From: Sphagnum compactum | Lineage: Eukaryota | Length of the DNA stretch: 64,000 nucleotides | Direction: 5' to 3' | Assembly (NCBI GenBank): GCA_965153455.1 | Contig: OZ234493.1 | Location: 15,056,213 to 15,120,212, forward strand | Part shown: positions 38,214 to 52,311 of the stretch, in pieces | Layout: every line of letters begins with the position of its first letter | How positions within the stretch are numbered: position 1 is the stretch's first letter | Made by a program: the position numbers and the translations under genes | Notes under the pieces: generated by a model | Database searches by the model: none | Told to the model about the DNA's origin: nothing | What the model saw: the letters and a program-made list of their open reading frames with translations, nothing else

Positions 38214-41200
38214 GGTTCTGCAACCCCCACCCTACACTCATTCACCCGAGGTTGAAAGAGGTCGGGCCCGCCATCGCCATTGTCCTCGCTGCAACCAACC
38301 TTGCGCCAAGCACAAACGCCAGCAACGACAGTTCCAGGGTTTTTTTTTTTTGTTTTTTTTTTTGAGGGTGGGGGAGGGACGTAATTCTGGTCTCTTTCTC
38401 TCTTCTCTTTTCTTTTATTCTCTAAACCCTAAACCTCTTCTCTTCTATTATGTTCTCTTTCTCTTCTCTTCCTTGAACCCTAAACCTCATCTCTTCTCTT
38501 CTCCAAAGCTCTTCTCTTCTCTTCTTTTATCTCTTCTTTAAACCTTAGACCTCTTCTCTTCTTAAAACCTTAAACATGTTCTCATCTCTTTTCTTCCACT
38601 TCTCTAAATCATAAAGCATTGCCTGGATTTTTCCCTTGGTATTTTCAGCTCACTTACCTGCCTGAAAAAACTTGTTTTCAACAATGTACCAAGTAGGCTA
38701 TATTGGGATCTTCTGACCACATGCCAAATTTCTCCTATACCAAATTTCTAAACTTTTTAATGGTTAAAACCCATGTGTTTTTTGACTTCTCAAGTCCTTT
38801 TTAAAAAATAGACATTGGTTTAAGGTTCAAAATTTGAAGAACTCTGCGATGGCACTCGATGCCGCACCGTTGTTGTGTCCTTTCACTATAACGTCGGACA
38901 TTTTCACGCTGAAAAAGGACACTGCCAAGACGCACTTCAACAACGTCAGGCTCAATTGTTCCAGACAATGCACCCTTGGTGGTCTACTAGGTAGGCTTAG
39001 CCGGGCACTGGCAAGTCATGGGCCTCAAGACTGACACCTCACATGTTGACGCATGGTTGTTCAAGATGGAGGCAGCCATCGAGAACATTGCGTCTCTTGC
39101 GGCCGCTGGCAACCTTGTAATCAACCAGCTGATGGAGCGCGAGGCGGCCGCAGCTGTCATAGCCAAGGATGCTTCTGCGAAGGAACCCAAGTGGACCATA
39201 GTGATGGCCAAGAACATGTGCCAGGTGGTCAGCCGGGCTGTGGAGACCTTGGCCGACGCGCCCAAACAGGAGGACCGCAACCTCAACCTACACCTCACGG
39301 GCTTCGAGGCCAAGGAGGGCGAGACTAAGAAAGAGCTGGTGTAGTGGCTCAACACAGAGGTATTGCAAGGGCAAATGAGGTTGAACACCAAGGTCGTCAC
39401 CGCCACGCTGCAGCGGCCTGCGACTACACGAGCCTCCACCTTAGTAGCGGGCGTGCGCCTCGGTGTGATGCTGTTCAAATTCGCAACAAGTAAGCACCAC
39501 TAGGCCGCGCTATGAGGGCGCAAAGGCTTGGTGGGGACCAAGCTAGACCTAGACAAAGACCTCACACCCACATAGCAGGCACTCAAGTCGAAGCTGTGAC
39601 CGCTATTCAAGGAGGCCAAGGCGGCAGGCAAGCGCGCCTCTGGCGCGCAGCCAAGCTCTTCATCAATGACACTCAAATTTGCCCGCCCTCCTCTATCTAG
39701 GGGCACGGGGACCAGAGAGACCTATGCATGGTATTATGGAACATGCACGAGGGTGGTGTAAATAAACTGGAAATGGGGTGCAAATACTAGAGCTATTTCA
39801 AGATGTTGACCTCATCTTATTAACCGAAACCTAGCACTTCCAAGGCCAACATTTGCCACACATTGAAGGGTTTGACTCACTTGCGGTAGTGCGCATTGTG
39901 TGGCCGGGAAGAACAAAAGCAATAAAACATAGCGAGGGGGTTGTTGCTTATTTTCGCAGCCACCTCAGCCCAACCTATCACAGTGAAAGGAAGGAAGCCA
40001 CAATTTTTATCTATGGCTACGAGTCAGCAGGGGTGCTGCCCCTGACTTGTTTGTCTACGTGGTGTATGTTGCCCTTGTTGGCTCTAAACATGAAAGCGAA
40101 TCCTTGTTCCAAAACCTGGGAGCAGATATTGCTGAAGTTCATCCTCTAGGGGGCATAATACTATTAGGAGGGGATTTTAATGCGCGTATTGCACCGTTAC
40201 TAGATACCATTGACACTAGCGACCTTTGTGAACTGTTACAGGCACCTGAGCTCGCTGAGACTGAGCAACCAAACATTGTGGCTGAGCGATAAAATCGTGA
40301 CGCCAGTGTTGGTGGCTAAGGCCGCGAGATCTTGGGCCTATGTTGTGACATTGCGTTGCTCATCCTCAATGGCCGGACACCTGGTGACAAATCAGGAGAG
40401 TTCATTTGCTAAGCAAATGGGGGGCATAGCATTGTCGATTATATTGTTGGCTCACCTGCAATTTGGCAAGTTGCTACACACCTCGAGGTGATAACAGACG
40501 ACACCCGCTACTTTGACCACAAGTTGTTACGCCTACGGTTTAGCATCGATTCTAGCTTTGTTGAGCCACAACATACAATTATAACAAAAACATTCTTACC
40601 TAGGTTCAAATATGATAAATCAAAAGCTGAAAAGTATCAGCTTGCCTTAACAGCGAATCTTGGAAACCTGTGGGTTATTGACTCAATTGGGCATCTGGGG
40701 GCAAACGAATTAGCTAACCTACTGCAGCAGTGCATGGGTGCTGCAGTAAAGTTTACTTTTGGCAGCAAGCCTTCGGGAGGAAATTGTAGAGCGAAACACT
40801 TCCATAAACATTGGTTTGATGCTGACTGTCGTATAGCGAAGCGTGAGCTGAGGCTCTGGCTAAAAGCCAACCCCGATTCGCACACTGCTAAACATCAGGA
40901 AAGTAAACTTAAAAATTTATTAAAAAAAATAAAAAATTCTGGGAAACTGCAAGAGCCCAACATATGTGTACACTTGCCAAGGTGGATGCACTCTCGTTTT
41001 TTAAAAAGTACCGGCCAATGGCACCGTTGTGGGTAATCAGTGCAGCTACGTTTTTGGAAGGCTTCCGTGGGCTAGTTGGCTAGTCTCTGCCACCCATATG
41101 GCTACGAATTGATCATTCGGCCTAGGTGACGGAACTTCCACCTAACCACACCCTGAACACAGATATTACACTTGCTGAGCTGCTTCAAGCGCTGAAAAAA

Positions 41201-43449
41201 CTACAAAGCATTAAGGCTATTAGTTTGGATGCTATGAAAGCTGAGTTCATTTTGGATGCGGGAAAGCTGCTACACATGCCACTATTGACAACGTTCAACT
41301 ACTTTCTGGCGAAAGGCTTTCCAAAAGCCCTTTCTATTGGGGTGGTCCACGCGCTCTTTAAAGGGGGTGATGCCTCCGAATTTGACAACTATAGGGCGAT
41401 AACTATTGGGCCTATCCTAGCAAAACTATTCGCTATGATCCTTGACAAAAGGCTGAACGAATGGGTTGAACAACATGGGCTGCGTGCCAAGGGTCAAGTT
41501 GGGTTTCGCAAAGATTACCGCACCACTGACCAACTCTTCGTACTGCGAACTCTGATAAAACAGAGCAAGGCAAAAAAGAAGCCACTCTATTGTTGCTTTG
41601 TGGACTTTAAAAAGGCGCTCGATACTGTGCCACGTGAAGTGTTGTGGGAGGTGTTGGCTGGCCTCGGGGTGGATGGACGCTTCTTGTGATGCCTGCATGC
41701 GATGTATGCCAAGGATACCGTACGCATCAACCACCCAAGCGAAGGTGTCACCTCTAGCTTCAAGTGCCAACAAGGTGTGAAGCAAGGTTGCCCTCTCAGC
41801 CCCTACTGTTTGGGCCATATTTGGATGCCCTTGAGGGGCGCTTGGATGGTAGAAAATGTGATGCACCGGCCCTAGCAGATGTGCACGTATGGCTGTTGCT
41901 TTTTGCAGATGACCTTGCTCTGACGTCAGAGCTAGAGGTGGGACTGTAATAACAATTAGACGCGTTCGAGTAGTTCTGTGCTGAATGTGGACTTACAATG
42001 AACGTGAAAAAAACAAAAGTCGTGGTGTTCAACTCTACTAACCCATGCCAAAAGTTTGTGTTTAAAGGTGACGCTATTGAGCGTGTGCAAACCTTCAAAT
42101 ACATGGGGATCCTGCTCGAGACCACCTCGAACCTGGACAGTGTAGTGCAACATCTAGCAACTGCCAGTAAGTGCTCGCTATTCGCACTGAACCGCCCGAA
42201 CCGCCGTTGTGTGGAGCTACGTATTATGGACGTCCAGTTACGTTGTGACCTCTTCAACATGTTAGTGCGTTCCACAGCAAGCTATGCCTATGAGGTTTGG
42301 GTGGACTCCAAGAAAATAGAAGTTATTGAAGTAGTGTACCGAAGGTTCCTCTAGTCCTTGCTCGGGGTGCGAAAAACAACCAGCACATCCATCGTGCTGG
42401 CAGAATTTGGCAAATTCCCCTTTGAACACTTTGCATGGGGACAAGCGTTGTTGTACTATAACCGTGTGAGCACGGTCACTAAAGACCGCATCTTGGGAAA
42501 GGCATGGGAAGCCCAGCTCGCTATGCTTACTATGAGAAAGAAATGTTGGGCTAAATTCGTGAAAAAATGGCTACTCAAGAATCAACCCCAAGAGGTGGCA
42601 GGTTTTCTGCTTTCGATTCAATCGTCGTTGGAAATGGCGTCTAAACTTGTAACGACCCGTGCGCTCCAGGCGAGGACTGTTCAACCGCCGTTGGGAATGG
42701 CTCCTGGGACAACGCACATACATTCGACTCGTCTAGCATGGATGAAAGGCTAGGCGAAAAGCCAAGTACTTTGGTGCAACACGCATAACGTACGAATGGG
42801 AGTTCAGATGGCTAAGTTGGCCGCATTACAACTAGTGGAACCGGTTGGTGCTAGATCTATGACAGGGGGCCCGATCAACCAGGAGGCTAGGGCCCCACCC
42901 CCTCTAAGTTTTCCCCACACAATATTGAGTGTAAAAAAGGTGAAGGATAATATGCGACTGGCTTACATTAAAAAGCTCTTTACCAACTGCGAGATCGGGA
43001 TCAACATGCAGACAAGACACTTGTGCTTCAAGGGTATATTGTACAAGAGCGAAAGCTACTTATGTGACATCATTTGTGTTCAGTTGCAGAAAGCTCTGGC
43101 CCGATTTCGATGTGACAACACGCAGCTTGAAGTAGTGCTAGGTGCATGGAAGGGCGTGCCATACGTAGAGAGGCTTTGTCGAGGCTGCGATTTGGGGAAG
43201 GTTGAGGATGAAGAGCACTTGCTTCTTGTTTGTCGAAATACACAGAAAGTTAGGGAACGCTTTTGTTCAGCCCTACCTTTCACCCACACTAGCACTCTTA
43301 CTGAGCTCATGCAGACTACGAACATGGTCGCCCTGGCGAAGTTTGTGGCATGCTGCCAGTACCAGAGGACAATCTATCCTCCATGATCTACCTTTCGTCT
43401 AATGGACTCTCCGTTCTCAAATGGATGTACAAATTGTGAACAGAAAACA
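38214..43449 (+). mobile_element. Decayed near-full-length non-LTR retrotransposon (LINE; ORF1 + APE-RT-zinc knuckle, RTEX/L2-like)
   Basis: ORF1 relic at about 38900-39700. ORF2 at about 39725-43386 with endonuclease motifs WNMH, DLILLTET, GGDFNAR, DHKL; RT motifs NYRAIT, GFRK, FVDFKKALD, QGCPLSPLLF, FADD, FKYMG; and C-terminal RLCRGC..EDEEHLLLVC. Many stops and frameshifts. Flanked by a ~33-bp imperfect direct repeat. Confidence 0.95.
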
Positions 43450-43744
43450 GATTGGGAACAATAATCAAACTTCCAAAAAAAAAAATTGTAAAATTTTCAC
43501 CATATTTGGACTTTGATTTTAGATATTATTTGGATAGGTTGCCAATTAATGTTAAATCCCTCTTGGGATGCTAGCCAATGATGCAACATTAGAAAATTGA
43601 AAAATATATCATTGACCTCTCAACTAGTCATTTGACAACCCTCATTCACTTCTTTGGCAAATTGTTTTTTTAACTTTTAAATTGCAATATTTCTTTTGGG
43701 CGGTGGTTGCTACATGTCTCTCCACTAGCTTCCTTATTTAATGG

Positions 43745-44225
43745 GTAGGGTGTTCTTTGCAAAGGGTATGAGCCCAGGCCGAAAATGGTGACGAACTCTT
43801 TTGGGAAGAGAAATTTCATGCAACCAATGGGAAGGCCCGAGCATGCACGCAAGGTGCCTTGCTTTTTTTCCTTTTAAGTTTTGGGGGGAGGGGGCGAGGA
43901 TTTTTTTTCATTTCCTTGGTTCCCATGGTGTTCCCACTATGTTACCTTCAAGTTCTCAATGGGTTCGCAATATGTTCCCCAAGTTCCCAATGTGTTCCCC
44001 AACATGTTCTTCATAGCACCTCACTTTTATCCCATATGTTTTGGCAAATGTTGTCCTCCGTCCACCTATATAGGTGCGCCAAAGGGGATGAACTCTATAC
44101 TTCAAAACAGAACCTTCTATTTTGGAGAGCCTCCATAGTTTCATTTTCTCAGTGATGGGCGAATCAAATCAGCTCGTTGCAAAAAAAATAAAATAAATTT
44201 GAACTCGGGAGTCACATCATCTAAT
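43745..44225. mobile_element. ~480-bp insertion, shared with 62181-62660 and absent from the inverted paralog near 23950
   Basis: Present between ...ccttatttaatgg and aatt(g/a)agtcaaaatctgtctggggatg in two paralogs; the third has only a short segment there. Confidence 0.6.
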
Positions 44226-45340
44226 TGAGTCAAAATCTGTCTGGGGATGCTGGCCTCTGTTGGTACCCTACAAAAATTGGATTTTTTTTAAATTTATAAA
44301 GTATAACCCCCTGAAATGCACCTCCTAGAAAAGAGGAGGGTTAGAGAGGTCGGCATAAATTGGACGGTCCTGTTCCACAAATACTAGGCATAAGGTCCCT
44401 CACACCCCTATGCCCTGGGAGTCTGGATTTGTTTTGGCTTACTGTAAGGTTTTGCCTCATGCTTTGAGTCAGCATTTCTTTTACTGGCATGTTTTCGCCA
44501 AATTTCGACCTATGCAAAGGAATTTTCACGGAAAAAAAATGATCAGAATTCACCAGATTTCGAAGCAGCTTAAAAATTCAAATCATCACAATTTTATGAT
44601 AACTTCTAGTAGGTAGCCAAAAGACAACATAGAAACAGTTCCCTTTTTTTTCTACTTTCATATCTAACATGTAGCCAAATTTGGCTAAACTATTTTATGG
44701 ATGATCGCCACTTTGACTGCATGACAAAATCCTTAAAGAAACCCTGCTTCAAGTTGAGTGAGGCTGCTAACACGTGGGGGATATTCCCAAGATGTGCTGA
44801 GCTGGGCAGGGCCGTAGCTTATTTTGAGATTGCCCGCACCCCAGGGCTCAAGCCTGAAGCCTCTACAAATTTACATATTATTTATAGGAGTCATCACAGG
44901 ATGCTTGCGGCTTTTTTCATACCATAGTTTATGTTGTAACCAGTAGGAGCAGGTTGAGCTTTGTGGGTCAAAGCTCAACTTGCTGGGTTTGTGGAGCTTT
45001 GTGGGTCAATCCTCAACCTGCTGGGTTTGTGGAGCTTTGTGGGTCAAAGCTCAACATTGCACCCAGCAACCGAACTTTCAGCCACCACTGTTGCACACAG
45101 CAACCGGGCGTTCTCCGAAACTTCCCTAGGGAGGTTCTAGGGTAGAAATAGACCTCCTCCAAGCATACTTTGCTTGTGCGTCATTCTGCTCAAACTTCTT
45201 CTTCATCTTCGAGGCTTCTTTTGTGCCTACAACGACGTCCATACCCGTGAGCTTTGTTTGCTGTTGCAGGACAAGCTGCAGGAGGAGGGGAGGAGCTGCA
45301 GCACTACTGTCGATCATCTGCTGCTGTTCACAAATTGATT

Positions 45341-45944
45341 ATGAAGTCTCCACCCAGCTCGGGATCACGTCCTCCTCGACTCATTGCACCGGTGACCAGC
45401 TCCAGCCATGAGCTCCAGCTGCTAAATCCAAGCCCGCAGTTCGTTTATGATCCACATGCGGAAGTTCTGATCCTGGTTTTCCTCAGTCTCGTGCTCTTAG
45501 TGCGACTGGCAAAAGAGTTGGTAAAACTCCTCCGGTATGTTCTGCTGCTTACTCGAGATTTTGCTGCACGTGGGCGGGAGCCAATTATCATCCCTCCCCG
45601 TGATGCTCAGTCACAGGCAGTCGCAGAATCAACGATTATAGAAATCATGGGTGAGTACTGAATAGTTAGCATGATCGATTTCATAGCTGGAGAAGATAAC
45701 GAAGAAGATTGTTATATAGTCCACAGCTAGCTGATTCGGATTACACTAGAATGTCGCATGATGCAGGCCGCGTAATGGATGTCCACATGTGAGTGTGTAG
45801 AATCACTACCCCCCGATCTGAGACTTACCAATCAAAGATTCTTGTGGGTCTCCCTGAATTCGTTTTTAACGGTGTCTCTGGGTAATTGTCTTTGCAGGAA
45901 TTGGAGAAAGGGATGCAAACGGCGAGGGGACAAACGTGGAATAG
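45341..45944 (+). CDS. Small single-pass membrane protein, family copy 2 (exons 45341-45650 and 45898-45944, 118 aa)
   Basis: MKSPPSS...EVLILVFLSLVLLVRLAKE...IEIM/G-IGERDANGEGTNVE*. G|GTGAGT donor and tttgcag acceptor; indels relative to copy 1 keep the frame. Confidence 0.7.
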
Positions 45945-48900
45945 ATCATGAACAAGAACTGGCATTTTCAAAATGTTGTCCTTGAACAGATCCCAGTCAG
46001 GCGAAGGCTTACAACTAGAGCACATGTATCTATCGTTCATATACAAAGACTATAAATACAGATGAGACAAAAATTCGTGAAACAAATTTTTGCATATGAG
46101 TTGAAAATTGAGTTGAACCTGGGCTATGCAAAAATTTATAAATGTTTTCTCAACAAGAAAACCCTGCAAAACATACATAAACGTTTGCTATGATTCTAGA
46201 CATTTCTGGAGCTTGGACACTGTATTAATTTTTTTTCAAAAGAAGAAAATCAGATTACATCAGTAATTTTCCAATACACAAATTTCTATGTCATTCATGT
46301 GAAGTTATACTTGGTCCATATACGATATATCACATGTAGGCTATACCTATTAGATGGAACAACTGCTTGTATTTAGAAATACAGAATAAGTGACCCAACC
46401 TCTTGGAATCAGGGTTTCTTTTTCCCAGTTTTGTGAACTAAGTGGGTTGGTGATAGAAGTCTTAACCAAATTTGGAAAGAATTAGGATTCCTTGCTAATG
46501 TGTTGTTGGCACATGTTGGAACTTGTTTTCTAATTATGGAGATTTTTATTTTTTTCCCCCCCTCAAAATCTGGCAACTTTGAACTTTGTATGTGTTTTTC
46601 CCAAAAGAAATCTTTTGTTTGGTTGTTTGTCACCTTGAAATCTCCTAAAGTTTCCACCATACCCCCACATCATGCTCTCAGTAGCTTTGGAAAGCTCTCA
46701 ATGAGTAGTGCACTTGGTGGTTTCCTAATGTTTAGACCTATGGTGGAGGAGATATGGAATATTAAACAGTTTTGTGATAAAAATATAATAAAATCAAAAC
46801 TTAAAAAAATTAGGGCAATTGGGGCATACTTTTGGTACTTTTGGAAAGTGCTCAATGAGTATGATAATATGGAGGTGATTTTGTAATTTTTAGACCTAAG
46901 GTGCAGGAGATATTATACTTGTCAAAAAGGAGGGGAAAGTTAGAATCCCGAGGAGGAAAAGCTTAGAATCCCCCTTATTATCTGATAGGGATTTCAACTA
47001 AGTTAGAAATCTTTGTGTGTGGTAAGAGACAGGAAGGACAGAGCTGTCCAAGGCAGTGTTTTTTCCAGGAATTTTTGTCTCTAGCCAAAGTGGTCATCCT
47101 CCATTGGAAGCAGTTTTTTTTTTTTTGTTTTTTTTCCAATTTTGTGGTTTCGAGGTGAATTTTTTTTCTTTTTGTTAGAAATACTTTCGACTCCACACTA
47201 GGAAAATGAAATTTTCCAAAAACATTAAATCGCCACAGTGCAAAAATTCGAAAAAGAAAAAACCCTGAAATTTGGAACATGAAGAAAAAGTGGCAATTAT
47301 CAAAAGAATATGTAGCCAGATCTGGCTATAAACCAGAAATAAAGTACAAATCTTTGATCATCCTTTTATTTGTTTGGGTACACAATGAGAGCCAAATATA
47401 AGAATGTGGTGATTTTTCTTTTTCTTTTCTTTTCCCCACTTCTGGGGACTGAAACTTCCAAAATCAGTGTTTTCTAAAAAAATGTAATCTTTAATATCTC
47501 TTTTTGGCAAAATTTCACCAGTAAAAACAAAGCTGCTTCAAACTAGCTTCTGGGGTTCAACCAGTGTTTTGTTTTTCAATTTGGTGATGTTTCTCAAGAG
47601 GCAATGGTCCATAAGCATATTTAGCCAAATTTGGCAATATTCAAAATATGAAAATAAAAAAATCTTAAGCACCCTTTTATATTGTAGGCAATTGTGGTGG
47701 TTTTTGGCAATTTTATTCTTAAAGCTTTTCTTTTGTAATTTTTTTTTAAAACAGAGTTTGTGACAGAATTTTTTTTGAAAAGATATTTTTCACAAAATGG
47801 TGAAAACTTGCCACCCAAAAAAAAATCACTGCCACCAACCTACTGTAGCCTAGGGTCAGTTTCCACATTGACAAAACGAATATATATATATTTCAAAAAA
47901 TGAATTCGTTTTTAAAATTTGAAATTACATATGTTTTCATCATCTACTATAATATTGTGATATGAGTACCGAAATTATTTAGCCTATGAAAATTATGATG
48001 ATTTTCAACACATCAACTTCATATTTTCACAAAATTTCATTTCATTGTTTTGAGGATAATTTAATGACGAAACTGACCTGAGGGTAAAGCAATTGGTGCT
48101 TCCTCCTTTTGAAGCCATATCTAAACACTCCTACAAGTTCATTCTTTTTATCCAGGCTTAGTTTTGTGATTTACTCTCCTGTCCATTAAAAAGACCCTTG
48201 CAAGTTGCAATGTTTTTATCCAGGCTTCGTTTTGTGGTCTACAGTTTACAGTCTTCTCCATAAAAAAAAAAGACTCCTGCAAAGTTCATTCATTTTATCC
48301 AGGCTTAGAGCATCTCCACGGTTTCTCAGTATGGGATTCCAGATAGTAAAAGTTATTGTGAAAAAGTCAAAATGTGCCGGTTTAGCTCAAGAAATTGGTT
48401 TTTCTGCACCAAATTCGTGCAGCTTGCCATGGCTGGTAAAAGGCACAACACAGTTGTGCACATCCAAAAAAGAGTGTAATAAATTGGACCTGACTGCAGC
48501 TCAGTATTTCTGATTGGTCGATCATCATTGGTCCAGGTGGTTTGCTATTAGTAAATCCCACATATATGCAGTTCGAGTTACAGTTTTATTGGTGGGGTTG
48601 CAAAACGAAAAACAGCTAAACTTAGACATTTAGGTTTATTATCCAGAGCAACATAGTGAGCATCAGTGGAGATACTCTTAGTTTTGTAGGTTACAGGGAC
48701 AATAAACCCCTTTATAATCACATGCTCATTTTAGTCACAATTTTGTTTGTGACACAATTTTTTACTTTTTTGGGTAATCAACTTCTTTAGCAAGAAACAC
48801 CATTTTTTAGAGTCATTATCACACTTGTTAGTAGCACAAATTATTACAAATTATTTTTTATATATGTGATTATAATGAGGGAAATTTAAAACAAATATTA

Positions 48901-50149
48901 GGGTTTTGTAAATTGTAGTTCCTTTTGATAATGTTAGTGTTGTTTTGTGTTTAAGTTGTGCAAACTAACAACAATGAATCCAATTGAAAAAAAACAACTT
49001 TTTTTTTGTGTACACAAACAAAACATATGTGAACTTGTCAAGAAAATAAAAAATCTAATTAAAAAAAATATAATTGACAAAATACACAAGTTAATAGCTA
49101 AGGAGCTTAAATTCAATGAAATTGTCACATTAAAACAAGCATAAATCACAACCTTCTTCAAGTCTAATAATGTATAGTAGAGATTCAAATAACCCATGTA
49201 GAAAATTTAAACAATTAACACCTTTATTTTAACAGTAAAAAACTTGTTTTGTAAGGATTTGTTTTTGTCCTATAATCACAATTTCGTAAGAGTTTATATG
49301 AAATGTGACTATAAATGTTTATATCACAATTCATTAGTGTTTATTTTTATTTTTTTAAAATGGTCACCAAGGGTGTGATTATAAAGGGGATTCAATATAT
49401 ATACCTAGTAGTAATGGAGGTTGCATTGGCCGATCATCTATTGCTGTGGAAAAATGAAGTTTCAACTCAGCTGGGGATCGTGTCCACAACTGGCGGTTGG
49501 GTCCACCTAACTTGAGCTAATTAATAGCCAGTTGTACAAGATCTTGAACCACTTACAAAAGTTCTAATCCTGGCTATTATAAATCTCGTGCTCTTACTGC
49601 AGTTAGAGTGTGTTGCACAACAATAAGGGACCTTTCAAGTCCTTATGATCAGTTGTAAGCAGTCGTGCAATCAAGGAGTGAATACAAGAGATTTAGAAAT
49701 CGGCATGATAGATTTGGGGCCTGCATTAAACAGGCACAACTCGTTAAATGTGGCACCAGGTTCGACACAGTTATAATATAATACAATACAGCGCTTAGTA
49801 GGAATTTTTTTTTACTGTACCCACATAATGAGGAATGGTTTAAATATATTTTTTATATTACTTTCAAATGAAAAAAATTAATGCAATTTTTAAAATCCCC
49901 AAAGGTTTTGGGTTTTAACTTTTCTCTGAAATTTTTTTTCGTGCATGAACAAAATAGATGAAAACAGATTTTCGAAATAAAAAAGAGTTTAAATTGCTTC
50001 CCAAGGAACAACCATGTTCCCAAAGGAGCAAGACTTACGTTACCCCCAGGAGTAACCATGTCTCAAAAAAAAAAAAAAAAACCTCCTCACAAAAAACATG
50101 ATTGTTCCCTGGATTACTGTATTTTATACATCTATAGGATATTTGGCTA

Positions 50150-52118
50150 TGGTGAGAAGTTGGGTGAGTGAACAATGCAAGCCAAATGCACTGTTGTGAA
50201 ACTCATTATAAATCATTGTAAACAATGTGAGATTCCAAATTTGCAGGCTGATGTGCACAATCATCTACTCCCACCACATATGATCATGTGTATGCCAAAG
50301 AAAAAAGTCTAAATTGTGTGCTTAATTCCTTTGCTACCTACCATGTCGTCATTGAGATCTCATGTAAACGAACCACAGGAAAACAGATGGCAAAATGCAG
50401 TCTTGCTATGTAGGTCCAAATGAGATCTGATTTCTTTTCTCATGGTCTGAGTTAAGGCTGAAAAGAAATACTTTTACATTTTTTGGTGGGTCTGGCAGCA
50501 ATTGGAGGTGCTTTCAAATAGGCCAAGGGTCAGTTTGCTGCATCTGGTTGCTGATAGGCAGACCTTGTGTTGCTTCCAAATTTGTTATGATACCATGCTC
50601 CTATTTGGTGCTCTTCCTGCTATTTACATTTTGTGGTCTTCGCAGGAGGCGTCTTTGTTGGACATTGTTGATCATGCTGGTGAAATTTTCATTCCTAGAG
50701 AGGTGGGTTTAGCTTATTTGTCTTTGATAAGAAGCTTCCATTTTTTTTCAATTTGGATTTAGTTGAAAGGAGTTGTGTTGCTAACTTCAAAACTGGTGGA
50801 GACTAAAGATGGGTCTTCTTAACACTCTAGTTGCAGTTTGGACAGTCCACTTCCAGAGGTGGTTGCGGCGGTGGGAAGCTTGCATAAGATGCGTTTACCT
50901 AAGCACGGATTGATCGCAGTTGGGCGGGACTCGATCATGGATGAAGCAGATGGATAGGGGACCACCAAGCTAGGGGCCTCTTTCAAGACCTCTTTTGGTC
51001 GCTAAATTGTAGGAAGATCTCTTCCCCCTCTCTCCAACTCCATTAATGTCAGGTGCAGATCTTCTTTATTTGAGAGGTTTATTTCCTTCAGAGACCAGAT
51101 TTATGACGGCAATTATTATTTAAGAATGCTTCTTGTCCTTATGGTTTACCTGATGAACTGGTTGAGATTCTCAAGGTTAGAAGACATTGCAGTGCCACCA
51201 TCCCAAGTTACACAAGGGTTTAATGGTTTAAAGAAGTGGGACATAGTTTTTTTTGCTCTACAAGTCTTGCGGTTGGTTTAAGTACTTACTCTCTCATATG
51301 GGTGAATATGTTGCAGGTTGGCCCTGTCAAGTACATGGAAGTCATCAATACATGCAAACCTAATTTATGGGCTAGCTTACCTGATGAGGTTCCTGCACGG
51401 GTGATGGAAAAGTGAAACCGCATGTCAGTTGGTTGCACCTTACAATGGCTGGACCATTGCCTTTCTCTGTCAACAACTGTATGTCATATTACTTTGCTTT
51501 ACTCCTTCAGAGCCTTTTAACTTGCATGGCTTTGTAACAAACCAACATGAAATTGGTTTAGATCATGACCTATTCTAGGTGTATTGAAGCCGATTGATGT
51601 GATTCATGGTCTGGGCAGAGCAGGACATGGGGTGTCTGGGTGTTGTGGTTGGGGAAGCAGTGTGCGCACCGAACACATTCTGCTCAGCAAACGGCAACTC
51701 GCAATGTAGCAGGTAATGCACGACTTGCTTTCTGTCTACCATAATATTAGCAACAAGGGAACAAGCCTGCTTCATTCTTCCTTTCCAATATTTGCCAAAA
51801 TACCTAAGCATGGTATATTGCTCCTTGTCATGAACTGTTGTATCACTTTCCAAGCTGTGAAGCCACATTCTGAGTTCTGTTTCAGTGCATGAACCCCAAC
51901 TAGCTAATTCTGTGTGGAGGAGTTGTCAAATCCTTGAAATCGACAGAATTTTTTCTTAACGAATCTTCGGATGAGGTTGTGAGCAACCACTTTGAAATAA
52001 ACAGTAAGTGACAGAGTATGTGGTTTTGCAGGTATTTCTTTGGGTGGCTTTGGTGTTGGTGAAGCTGCAGAGGATCGAGGCCCTCTTCTAGAAGTTGTCA
52101 CTGTAGTTCTCTATCTTT
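50150..52118 (-). pseudogene. Decayed coding-like segment, tentatively a third bunyavirus-like L fragment (EVE-C)
   Basis: Weak motif matches only: TELASW...SLES, ANIMVDRK, QWSS, HVLMTSMYL (51328-51354), RKEIRSHLDLHSK (50402-50440). Intronless, with many stops; partly duplicated at 1671-2380. Confidence 0.4.
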
Positions 52119-52311
52119 AATGCCAAATCTTTTCAGGTAGTGTGGGTAGCAGTCCCACCTCTTTGCAGTCCTAGTTTTAGTTGTTATAGCTGGGGTTCAA
52201 AAAAAGTAAATAAGTAGTTTTGGATGCAAGAAATATTTTTGGAGGGTCACATATTGAGCATCAGTGGAGCTGCTCTAAAAACCTGCTCCAAATGGTTTTT
52301 TCGGTGTACTT

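Larger units (their letters stand above)
36897..45490 (+). repeat. Segmental duplication, direct copy of 60559-64000, interrupted by the LINE
   Basis: 36897-38213 aligns with 60559-61877 and 43450-45490 aligns with 61847-64000, except for a variable segment at 44950-45190 vs 63410-63700. Confidence 0.95.
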
